From: a virus
Lineage: Duplodnaviria > Heunggongvirae > Uroviricota > Caudoviricetes
Length of the DNA stretch: 64,000 nt
IMG/VR virus record: IMGVR_UViG_3300045972_000219
Direction: 5' to 3' (one strand)
The position numbers and the translations under genes are program-made. Within the stretch, counting starts at the first letter, position 1; the number at the start of each line of letters is the position of its first letter. Shown here piece by piece: positions 17,674-26,308 of the stretch. The notes beneath the pieces were generated by a model. That model worked only from the letters and a program-made list of their open reading frames with translations. It made no database searches and was not told the origin of the DNA.

Positions 17674-19757
17674 TGGGTATCAAGGCAGATCGTCTCAAGC
17701 TTAAAGGAACTGCTGCTCATTGGGTTAATCGTAATGAGGGTAGTCCTAGTTTCAACTTCCAGAAATATCTATGCTCCGAAAAGCCCTTAAAAGATCTGAG
17801 GGATGATGTAGAGAAACTCTGTAAGAAGCTTCTCAAAGTCAAATATAGCGTTACGACAATGATGCCATATATCAATAGGTACTTATACTCCGATAGAGTA
17901 CCTGGAGACTGGCAGCTACAAAGGGTAATTGAATATGCAAGGACTAATCCTGAACAGTCTAATGCAACTCTAATCGAGGCAGTAAATAAAGACCGTAAAA
18001 AGATTATGGATGAATGGATTGAATATCTTTATACTGTTAATGAAGAATACAAGATGGATCCATTCTTTCGTTTCTTTGTAATGTCAGCTATCCTTGACGA
18101 TCTTAAAGATGGAGAGCCTTCAGTTCCCCCAACATTAGATGCTGCAGCTCTATCAATGGTTTATAGTGATATCGACAAGCATCCAGAACACCAGTCATTT
18201 AGTAAATTATACTCTAAGTTTGGTATTGTAATTGCCACAGATCGTGCCAAAAATAGCGGTAATAACTTCGAGATGGCAAGTGGAGGTACTTGGATTAAAG
18301 TACCGAGAACATATAAAAGTGACCCAATGTGGAAGATTAACTATGAGCAGGTAAGATTGATCTCTCACAGTAAATGGTGTACTGCAGGTACAGCCGCAGA
18401 ATCATATCTCCCAAGAGGAGATTTTTGGGTATTCCATGAGCATGGTGGAGCTAAACTTGCCATACGTTTTGAAGGAGATAACGTTGGTGAGATACAAGGC
18501 CCACAAAATAATGGAGTTATTCCTGCATCTCATGCAGATAAAGTTGAAGAACTAGTCTTATCAAAGGGAATTAATCTTAATGATCAACAGACCCTTCAGC
18601 TAGCTATTGTATTAGAGCAAGGAGATGAAGGCTCTCTCAACTATGAAGGAATCAAATTTAATTTTGACGACTGTATTAAAATGAATGCTAAGGGTACTAC
18701 TTATCTACAAAATTATGTAGAAGGTAAAGTTAATAGTTCTAATGAGAAGAACTATGCTAATCATTACCATGTTCAAAATATGGGGAGCAACAAAGTAAAG
18801 GCAATGGCAGAGGGATATATAGTTGTATCTGGAATGTCTAGTGGGAGAGGTAAACCACCTAGAATTTATATTCATCCAGATAATACTTCATTTACCATCA
18901 TTCAGAATATGAATAAAAATCTCTTTTACTTATCTAAATGTGATCATCGTGTCATAATGATGCTTGCATTATTAGGTAATCAAGATGCAATTGATTTACT
19001 TAGAGATAGTCTAAGAGAAAATAGAAATCGTTATCATACTTTTGAGGAAGCTATAATTGCTCATGTAAATATTAGTGATAAATTGACTGATATTTTAGAT
19101 AATACTGATCTTAATGAATTAATTATTCCTAAGTACATAGTATCTAAACCATCTAGAATACCTAAGAGTAAATACATTTATGGAGCCACTCCTACACCAA
19201 TGGTATATCAAGTTAAAGGTTTAGATGATAATATGGAGATTCATTATGATGAAGAATTTTCACGAAGTAATTGGGATAGGTTAGATATTAAAATTGATGG
19301 ATTAATTGCAGGATATTTAGCTATTCGATGGGATGATGTATATTTCAATAATCCCAATATATCTACTGATAAAAAAAGAAATTTACTTAAATTTGTAAAG
19401 CAAATACACATAGAACTTAAGGATATAGAATTTAGTGATTATGATATAAATACTTATAGGATAGGTGATGATTACCAAAGTCATTATTTTGAAAAGATTT
19501 ATAGAGTGCCTTGGAAAGGTAAATGGGGTGGATTTAGAGTAGATGGTAGTCCGGTAAAAGAATACGACTGGAGTGATAGATATAAGCATTTTAATATTCT
19601 CCATAAACAAATGGATACTATTAAACAACGTGTACCTAAAGTTACTGAAGTAGATCCGTTCATTCCTAAACCCCTTCCAACAGCTAAGGATATTAAAAGA
19701 ATGTCTTTAGGTTTAGAAAAAGTTACTAAACGTTACAAAACACTATTGGAGGTATAA
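17673..19757 (+). CDS. large hypothetical protein (694 aa)
   Basis: Long intact ORF; I recognise no catalytic motif. Confidence 0.6.
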   Translation: MGIKADRLKLKGTAAHWVNRNEGSPSFNFQKYLCSEKPLKDLRDDVEKLCKKLLKVKYSVTTMMPYINRYLYSDRVPGDWQLQRVIEYARTNPEQSNATLIEAVNKDRKKIMDEWIEYLYTVNEEYKMDPFFRFFVMSAILDDLKDGEPSVPPTLDAAALSMVYSDIDKHPEHQSFSKLYSKFGIVIATDRAKNSGNNFEMASGGTWIKVPRTYKSDPMWKINYEQVRLISHSKWCTAGTAAESYLPRGDFWVFHEHGGAKLAIRFEGDNVGEIQGPQNNGVIPASHADKVEELVLSKGINLNDQQTLQLAIVLEQGDEGSLNYEGIKFNFDDCIKMNAKGTTYLQNYVEGKVNSSNEKNYANHYHVQNMGSNKVKAMAEGYIVVSGMSSGRGKPPRIYIHPDNTSFTIIQNMNKNLFYLSKCDHRVIMMLALLGNQDAIDLLRDSLRENRNRYHTFEEAIIAHVNISDKLTDILDNTDLNELIIPKYIVSKPSRIPKSKYIYGATPTPMVYQVKGLDDNMEIHYDEEFSRSNWDRLDIKIDGLIAGYLAIRWDDVYFNNPNISTDKKRNLLKFVKQIHIELKDIEFSDYDINTYRIGDDYQSHYFEKIYRVPWKGKWGGFRVDGSPVKEYDWSDRYKHFNILHKQMDTIKQRVPKVTEVDPFIPKPLPTAKDIKRMSLGLEKVTKRYKTLLEV

Positions 19758-19759
19758 TA

Positions 19760-20284
19760 ATGATTAAGATCATACATAAAGAAGAGAGACCATTCATACT
19801 TGAAAATGAATCATCGTGGAGAAATTTATTTACTCTCCACGAGTATAAACTCATGAATGATAAAAAGAAATTAGCTACAGCTAAAATAACCGAAATACCT
19901 TTTGGTTATATGAAACATTTTAATATTCCACTTCATTGCTATACAGATGATTATAGTTATGAAATGGGAACAACCTTAGATCAACTAGTTGATGAAGAAA
20001 ATGTAATGATAGGATTTTCAAGTATTCCTGATAAAATCTATTATATTGATGAATTAAAATCATGGGATAAAGGTTATGGACAGGCATTACTGTCAGATAT
20101 CATAAATTCATTTGATTCTTACACGAGACATATGTTTTGTCTTTTCGCTTATCCAATACTGAAAGATAAGAATGAATTTCATGAGGGTAGTAAAGAAGAA
20201 GTAAAAAAACTTATAGATTATTATAAACAGTTTGAGTTTAAGCAGTCTGTATCTCATAAAGGTGTAATGTATCTTGTAAAATAA
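19760..20284 (+). CDS. hypothetical protein (174 aa)
   Basis: ORF track. Confidence 0.55.
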   Translation: MIKIIHKEERPFILENESSWRNLFTLHEYKLMNDKKKLATAKITEIPFGYMKHFNIPLHCYTDDYSYEMGTTLDQLVDEENVMIGFSSIPDKIYYIDELKSWDKGYGQALLSDIINSFDSYTRHMFCLFAYPILKDKNEFHEGSKEEVKKLIDYYKQFEFKQSVSHKGVMYLVK

Positions 20285-20349
20285 TCGCATATTAAATTAA
20301 GGTATTAAATACTAATAACAATTAATCACTACAATAAAAGGAGAAATAA

Positions 20350-20751
20350 ATGAGCGTTTTATCACCATTGGAAGTGTTACAGGCAAAGTATAATGCATTA
20401 GAAATTAAATATCTTGATCTTGAAAGTCAGTTAAAATCAGTTCTTTCATCAACATTTGAAGGTCAAAGTGAACTATTTGACCTAAGAAGTAAACTAGAGA
20501 CAATCTTTAATGTTATCGTTGATGATGAAGATATTGATGATGAAGATACTGAGTCATGTGATGGTGAATGTAATAAGTGTGATATTAATGATGCGCTTAA
20601 TACTCCATATGCTGATGAATTCTTTGATGATGCAAAACAGAAAGATACAGATCCTGAAACTAAACCACATGCAGTACCATCTGTAAATGACGTTCTTGGT
20701 ATGATCCAGGCAACAATTGCACAAATCAACAAGAATGGCGGTCGTGTTTAA
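20350..20751 (+). CDS. acidic coiled-coil protein (133 aa)
   Basis: RBS AAAAGGAGAAATAAATG. DDEDIDDEDTESCDGECNKCD acidic/Cys segment. Confidence 0.5.
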   Translation: MSVLSPLEVLQAKYNALEIKYLDLESQLKSVLSSTFEGQSELFDLRSKLETIFNVIVDDEDIDDEDTESCDGECNKCDINDALNTPYADEFFDDAKQKDTDPETKPHAVPSVNDVLGMIQATIAQINKNGGRV

Positions 20752-20762
20752 TAACAAAGAAT

Positions 20763-20799
20763 TACTACACTGGACTCAGTCAGTCCAGTGTAGTAATAA
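20763..20799 (+). promoter_or_regulatory. 16-bp perfect hairpin without U-tract (ATTACTACACTGGACT-CAGTC-AGTCCAGTGTAGTAAT)
   Basis: Perfect inverted repeat ending at the RBS of the next gene. It could be a processing or attenuation site. Confidence 0.4.
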
Positions 20800-21149
20800 T
20801 GAGGTATATTATGTTTTTACAAGAAATGTCAACAATAGGAGTATACGATAATCATAAGATTACTGTATATGAAGAACCATTTGCAAATCCTAGCTTTCAT
20901 GTAAGATATAAAGATGAGTGGGAAGTAATTCTGCAGATTAAAGACTTTGAAATTTTAGAAAAGAAATTTGGTAAGTATGAGAAAGGTACCCATCTACCAA
21001 AAAAAGAGATAAAAGAGTTAGTTAATTACCTTCAGCAAAATAATAAATTTCTTAAAAATAATACTAATTGGGAGTATTTAATTACAACATGGAATACAAA
21101 TAATCCTAGATATGAAGTTAGTATTGATTTCAAAATACCAATTCAATGA
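20799..21149 (+). CDS. hypothetical protein, paralog A of a duplicated 115-aa family
   Basis: About 55% identical to 23119..23466 (shared VGVYD.HK.TVYEE...NPSFH..YK.EWE..LQI.DF). Lies directly upstream of the tmRNA. Confidence 0.55.
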   Translation: MRYIMFLQEMSTIGVYDNHKITVYEEPFANPSFHVRYKDEWEVILQIKDFEILEKKFGKYEKGTHLPKKEIKELVNYLQQNNKFLKNNTNWEYLITTWNTNNPRYEVSIDFKIPIQ

Positions 21150-21152
21150 TTT

Positions 21153-21570
21153 GGGGGTGAACTAGTTTCGACGGGGGACTAATAGTTATAAACACGCTCA
21201 GAGGTTTCTCGTTGGCCTCTTTAAACTACGAGAACACAATTAATTGCCAACGCTATTAATGCAGTACGTAACTTCTTTGCAGCAGACAACTATGCCTTTG
21301 CAGGTGTAGCAGCTGCTTAAGAAGTAAAAATTCCTACAGCTTAATCGTAGGTGGGGTAGAGAGTAGAGAGCGACCTTGTAACTCTTCACCCATCAACAGA
21401 AGAAACAATTAGGAAGAAATTAGTTTGACTGATACTAATCAACAACAGTCTAGAGTCCAATCCGATTTGCCTTTTTGGGATACAGCTCGAAACACTAAAC
21501 AGGCTATGAGCGTACATGTTGTAATGAAAGGTTTTTCGGACCCGAGTGGCAGTACTCGGCACCTCCACCA
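21153..21570 (+). ncRNA. ssrA: tmRNA (SsrA-like transfer-messenger RNA), phage-encoded
   Basis: The 5' end GGGGGTGAACTAGTTTCGACGGGGG matches the tmRNA 5' consensus (E. coli GGGGCUGAUUCUGGAUUCGACGGG). The 3' end CACCTCC-A-CCA pairs with the 5' 7-mer and includes a G3:U70 wobble, the Ala identity element. TTTCGGAC precedes the T-arm as in E. coli. Internal tag ORF 21279-21320 GCAGCAGACAACTATGCCTTTGCAGGTGTAGCAGCTGCTTAA encodes AADNYAFAGVAAA-stop. The T-loop is non-canonical (CCGAG-TGGCAGTA-CTCGG). Confidence 0.7.
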
Positions 21571-22612
21571 AATTTAAGATAAGGGAAAACCTACTTGATA
21601 GGTAATGGTTAAATTGGACTCCGAGGGTTAATTTCTCTCTAGTAATACCAGTCCTACCTTATCTTAATCCTTCTATTCCTTCCACCACGGAGAAATCTAC
21701 ATCTCCACTAGATTGTAGAACGGTCTAAAAGCTTAATGTGAGTTTGATCACTCAACGAGAGCTTAATAGCATAGGGGTTCTGGAGGCTTTTATGCTGGCG
21801 GAAGGAAATCAATTTGGGCATCACTGACGAAAGCTGCTCTATCCGTTTTACTTTAAAGGTTTTGATGCATGCATCTTTATCTTTCTAAAGTAAAGCCTGA
21901 TAGAACCAGTTCGTAAACGCATGCCAAGTCAATGGGCTTATTAATTTAAGCCCATTGGCGGTACTAATTTGTCGGTAAGGGCTTAAGCCACCCTTACAAA
22001 TTCCGTGTCCTACCTCTCGATATAGGATTACGTTGGTATAGTGTTAACCTTGCCAGTAGCAAGCATTTAATGATCGTCTGATCTGAGGATGTAAGACTTG
22101 TGAATCGTGCTGGTTGAACTCGATAGGACTTAGCTCCGCTATACAAGGTTCAAGAGGAGAGATTACTTCAAACTATCTTGATAAATCGAATCGAAGAAGT
22201 CCAAGAGAGATATTCTCCTTGGCCTCAGTCTATAATTTATTATAGACAATCAGTCCCACTATCAACTATAGGTAGGGGAGTCATGCTAACTGACAACTGA
22301 TGAGCCTATTGCCGTTAGATAGAGAAAAGTGGAGGGACGAAAGACTATATGTCATTTATATCCCGTAGAAGCGCACCTAATTGTGGTTGACTATAAAAAC
22401 TTATCAGTAAATTCAAGTCAAGATAAGAAATCACAATACAATAGGTTAAGTCTCTAGGCAAGTTGGAGCTAGTCCAGACATAAAGATGTAGAGCGACTTA
22501 GGACTCTACAAGCTATTCGAGAAAGAGATGCTATCGGATAGAAGTCATGAATACTTAAGGGGGTATGGCCGTATACCCATCATCTCCGGCCAATAAATTA
22601 TAGGAGACCATA
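21571..22612 (+). ncRNA. candidate large structured ncRNA (about 1040 nt ORF-free, GC-elevated) directly 3' of the tmRNA
   Basis: No ORF of 60 aa or more in six frames. GC is higher than in flanking coding DNA. Many local hairpins. Ends at the RBS of ORF 22613. Confidence 0.3.
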
Positions 22613-22816
22613 ATGGTTAGAATTCTTCCAATAGGGACTAGAGTTAAAATCATTATGAACTTATATAATAGTGATGAGACTCATATAGTTGTAGAGAAAG
22701 GTACATTAGCAACTGTCATTGATAACGTGGAAGATGAAGGAATTAATGTCCATGTTGATGACACAGTATTCACTAATATGGCTTTATGTGATTGGGAGTA
22801 TGAGGTTATACAATGA
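22613..22816 (+). CDS. hypothetical protein (67 aa)
   Basis: RBS TAGGAGACCATAATG. Confidence 0.45.
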   Translation: MVRILPIGTRVKIIMNLYNSDETHIVVEKGTLATVIDNVEDEGINVHVDDTVFTNMALCDWEYEVIQ

Positions 22817-23106
22817 AACCAAAGAATGCAGATAAATTAAAAGCTCTTCAAAATGAAGTGAGAGTACTAAAAGCTAGTCAATTATTTGTCTTAACTGATG
22901 CTTATCGAAAAATTGATAAATGTGGTCAAGATAGATATATGGGTAGTGGTATAACTCTCACAATTAAAAATATAAATAAAGATAACAATGTTATTGTAGA
23001 GGAAGTAATCATTACTGATGGACTTAGCCCTGAAACAATAGCTGCTATAAAAGCAGATCTTAAAAGAAGTTATGAAACTATGTCATATCCTCATAATAAG
23101 ATCTAA
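22813..23106 (+). CDS. hypothetical protein (97 aa)
   Basis: Start overlaps the previous stop. Confidence 0.5.
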   Translation: MKPKNADKLKALQNEVRVLKASQLFVLTDAYRKIDKCGQDRYMGSGITLTIKNINKDNNVIVEEVIITDGLSPETIAAIKADLKRSYETMSYPHNKI

Positions 23107-23118
23107 AAAGGAAAATTT

Positions 23119-23466
23119 ATGGTACAGCCAATATTTCTAACAGAAATGGCTACTGTAGGTGTATACGATAGTCATAAAGTAACAGTGTACGAAGAAACTT
23201 TAGGTAATCCATCATTTCATATCAAATATAAAAATGAATGGGAAATAGTATTGCAAATCAGAGACTTTGTAATTTTAGAAGTTAAACATGGTAATTTTAA
23301 AAAAGGTGATAAATTTCCTAGAAAAGAATATAAGGATCTAATTAAATTTCTCAATTCTAATGATGAGGATCTAAATATTAGTAATTGGAAATATTTAATT
23401 GATGCATGGAATAGAAATAATCCTAAATATAAAATATCTACAAGCACACAACTACCAATTTATTAA
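23119..23466 (+). CDS. hypothetical protein, paralog B of the 115-aa family
   Basis: See 20799..21149. RBS AAAGGAAAATTTATG. Confidence 0.55.
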   Translation: MVQPIFLTEMATVGVYDSHKVTVYEETLGNPSFHIKYKNEWEIVLQIRDFVILEVKHGNFKKGDKFPRKEYKDLIKFLNSNDEDLNISNWKYLIDAWNRNNPKYKISTSTQLPIY

Positions 23467-23508
23467 AAAATAAACGGGCATGTATCCCAACGGCAGAGGA
23501 ACAAGATT

Positions 23509-24027
23509 GTGGCTGTAAAAATTAGTGGAGGAAATATGGGAAGTAAACTAACATGGAATGTTAAAATCCTTCCAAAGATTGTTGAAAAGTCATTTTCAGT
23601 TGATTCAGTTCTAAAACAATTAGATCTTAAATTAACTGGAGGAAATAGAGAAACTGTTAAGCGTTACATTAATTCTATGAATCTAGATACATCTCATTTT
23701 ACAGGTCAAGGACATCGTAAGGGTATAGTCGGTCAGCCTTTATATATTGGGATGACACTAGATGAAATAATGATAAGAGATAGCACCTACACTAATACTC
23801 ACAGACTAAAGCTTCGCATGATCAAAGAAGGTCTACGTGATCATAAATGTGAGAAGTGTGGTTTAAATGAATGGGTAGGAAAACCTATACCACTTGAGTT
23901 ACATCATAAAAATGATATAAGAAATGATCATCGTAATAAAAATATCGAATTAATATGCCCTAATTGTCATGCACTCACAGATAATTACAGAGCTAAAAAT
24001 ATAGATATTAAATATAGATCAGCTTAA
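23509..24027 (+). CDS. HNH endonuclease (free-standing homing-endonuclease-like)
   Basis: CEKCG...ELHHKNDIRNDHRNKNIELICPNCH is a canonical HNH motif with a zinc-finger cysteine pair. Likely start at the internal ATG (about 23536) with RBS GGAGGAAATATG. Confidence 0.75.
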   Translation: MAVKISGGNMGSKLTWNVKILPKIVEKSFSVDSVLKQLDLKLTGGNRETVKRYINSMNLDTSHFTGQGHRKGIVGQPLYIGMTLDEIMIRDSTYTNTHRLKLRMIKEGLRDHKCEKCGLNEWVGKPIPLELHHKNDIRNDHRNKNIELICPNCHALTDNYRAKNIDIKYRSA

Positions 24028-24031
24028 TATC

Positions 24032-24116
24032 GCTTGTGTGGTGGAATTGGTATACACAAGGCACTTAAAATGCCTCGGCTTTAGCCATAGCAGTTCGAGT
24101 CTGCTCACAAGCACCA
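24032..24116 (+). tRNA. tRNA-Leu (anticodon TAA), class II
   Basis: Acceptor GCTTGTG / CACAAGC; anticodon stem AGGCA / TGCCT with loop CTTAAAA; variable arm about 13 nt; T-arm AGCAG-TTCGAGT-CTGCT; encoded CCA. Starts 5 nt after the HNH stop. Confidence 0.75.
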
Positions 24117-24133
24117 ATTAAAAGGAGGTTCTA

Positions 24134-24328
24134 ATGCAACCACATCAAGAAAGAGTAGTTCAAGAGAAAGAGGAACTTGATAAAAAAGCTAATGCATTAA
24201 GTGATTTTATAGGGAATAGTCCAATTTTCGAAACAATTGATCCTGAAGAACAAGAACGACTTAAAGAACAAAATGATATCATGTGGCAATACTCTGAAGT
24301 ACTTGGTAAGCGTATTGCAGCTTTCTAA
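24134..24328 (+). CDS. hypothetical protein (64 aa)
   Basis: RBS AAAAGGAGGTTCTAATG. Confidence 0.5.
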   Translation: MQPHQERVVQEKEELDKKANALSDFIGNSPIFETIDPEEQERLKEQNDIMWQYSEVLGKRIAAF

Positions 24329-24329
24329 T

Positions 24330-24895
24330 GTAATCTAAAAACAGCCTATAAGATTCTTAGGGACGGTTAAGCCACGTAGGATACAGTCTCATGAACTGTA
24401 CTCTGAAGGGATAACTCCATGATTACAGTAGATGTTTACCACTACTTGCCAGATAAACAATAGGTTATTGCAACGTATTGCTGGAGAGGTAATAAGCTAA
24501 CTAGATAGGTCTATGCATGGATGCTATCTAGTGACGTCGAAATAAGAAGGTTATTCTAGATAGTCCTTCTTAGCGGTAAACACTTTAAACAAATTAATGT
24601 GTGGGTGACAAGCGGAATTGTTTAAACGTCTCTTCAGAGCAAGGAGAGGCCCACACATTTAATATGAAAGATTGATCTTGATATCCAACTTCTAACGGTA
24701 CAATTCCGTTGATGGTACCAATAAGGCAATGTATTAGACTGCAATCTAATCGAAGCCAAATGGTTGCCCTTGCAGGGGAGAAGTGTGAAAGAGAGAATTA
24801 GTTGCGGGAGACAATCTGCGGACTGTCAAACAGATGCATTTTCTATGACACGGAAGTGTGGATATCAAGATGAATGTTCCATATAAAAGGAGAAA
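24330..24895 (+). ncRNA. candidate structured ncRNA region (about 570 nt ORF-free)
   Basis: No ORF on the plus strand. GC-elevated. Only an overlapping minus-strand ORF (24746..25033), which is probably spurious. Confidence 0.25.
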
Positions 24896-24899
24896 TGTT

Positions 24900-25001
24900 A
24901 TGAAGTGTGGAATAACTAAAGAGAAGATGTATTGCATTACATGTAAACAAGTAGTAGATGGAACAAGTGGTATTTGTCCTAATTGTGGAGCAGCTATATA
25001 A
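24900..25001 (+). CDS. zinc-ribbon mini-protein (33 aa, MKCGITKEKMYCITCKQVVDGTSGICPNCGAAI)
   Basis: Strong RBS AAAAGGAGAAATGTTATG. CxxC...CxxC motif. Embedded between two ORF-free regions. Confidence 0.4.
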   Translation: MKCGITKEKMYCITCKQVVDGTSGICPNCGAAI

Positions 25002-25029
25002 AACCGTATTTGAATATTACGAATATTCT

Positions 25030-26183
25030 TCAATAAAAAATTATTAACATAAAATTACATAACTCAGATTGACCCATGAGTACGGTTTTCTTTCGGGAAG
25101 ACAGTGCAATAATGGGGTGTCATGGGGGGGCAGGTTTCATGTCCTCGTTGGAGGTAAACCAACGGAAGAATAACTCTAGTAATAGAGATAAAAGATTTCT
25201 ATGATCCATAAGTAGAGTCTGGTGAGAAATATGCTATCCATTGTGAATGCACTCACTTCAATTGAAAACCATTAATACACAATATTCTTGGGCGGAGGAA
25301 ACCCTAAAGGCTTCCAAAGAGAATATTACTTGGTATGAAGGTCGCATACTGAGTTGAGTCGAAAGACAATAGAATGTATTAATGCTTGTAATGTGCAATG
25401 GACTAGTCATCCGGAGTGCGTACATGAGTTATCGGTTATCCCTATTGCGTTTGCCAAAGCGCACCTAGATTGGCATCTAGGTCAAGAAATTGGTGGGAAA
25501 TGACTAAATACAGTAAGTATCCTTGACAGGAGAAAACAGAAGGGTGACGCATCTAAACTACTCAAAAGGTAGCATGATGACAACGTCAACCTCATCCTTC
25601 ATCAAACGACTAATGGATAAATTCTATTATAATCATTGGATCTGAAATCCAAACTATATGAGATGATATCTATAAAAGCAAAAGTGTTGACGGCATTTGA
25701 ACTAAAATGAACTTATTCCTCTGTAATATGGGGATATCTGAAAGTACCGCAAGGAAATCAGATAAGAAGAAACGAGTAACATTGACCTAACAGGTGGGAA
25801 CCTGTGAACTCTGCCAAGAGAGGATGTGTGAAAGAAGTAATCTATACAGTCAGATGCAGAAGAGTTGCAAGACTCTAAAACTTGTGTTCATGGATGCTAC
25901 TATCTTGAAAGGGATAGTGTGTAAAGAGTTTCGAAAGAAATTTTAACGTATCCATTACGGGTCAATTTACTCAGCCCAACAATTAATAATCGCCTTATTC
26001 CCCTCCATAGGAATAAGGCGATTTATTAAATCTCCTTTCCACCGTAGATTAATGGGAGATGAGCACTCATGTAGAGCATGCTACCTTTATGGTCACAATG
26101 CATGTACTAAGTCTGGCAATCTCGATGTGATCCCGACTCTCGCTCACAAGTGGATGGACATCCACTATAAATAACGTCTAAAT
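25030..26183 (+). ncRNA. candidate large structured ncRNA (about 1150 nt ORF-free, GC-elevated) ending at a terminator
   Basis: No ORF in any frame. GC is markedly above the genome average. Ends with an intrinsic terminator at 26184-26230. Confidence 0.3.
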
Positions 26184-26230
26184 TAACCCTTATTCCTTAA
26201 TTGGAAAAAGGGTTAATTTTTTTTTTTTAC
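26184..26230 (+). terminator. rho-independent terminator (TTAACCCTTATTCC-TTAATT-GGAAAAAGGGTTAA plus T11)
   Basis: Hairpin with the same CC-TTAATT-GG loop as the terminators at 16354 and 26975, followed by 11 T. Confidence 0.75.
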
Positions 26231-26308
26231 CGCATTATTAAATAATATATATGTATATTAATATAGTATAAGAAGTTCAAATTCGATGTATAAAAAAAGG
26301 AGAAACAA

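Noticed and set aside
20463-20757. Minus-strand ORFs 20463..20732 and 20554..20757 overlapping gene 20350..20751
   Set aside because: They are antisense low-complexity translations of an acidic repeat-containing gene, so they are shadow ORFs.
21571-22612. RNase P RNA or 6S RNA in the block after the tmRNA
   Set aside because: I could not find the conserved P4 helix sequence (AGGAAAGUCC...) or a 6S-like central bubble by eye. This is left to a covariance-model search.
24746-25033. Minus-strand 95-aa ORF inside the non-coding island
   Set aside because: It overlaps the plus-strand zinc-ribbon mini-gene, which has a strong RBS. It has no RBS of its own and lies antisense in a plus-only arm, so it is likely spurious.
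11120-26183. ORF-free blocks explained by an alternative genetic code (stop-codon reassignment)
   Set aside because: Flanking genes are intact under the standard code. The blocks differ in GC content from coding DNA and contain stops in all frames at high density, so they are more consistent with RNA or non-coding DNA.
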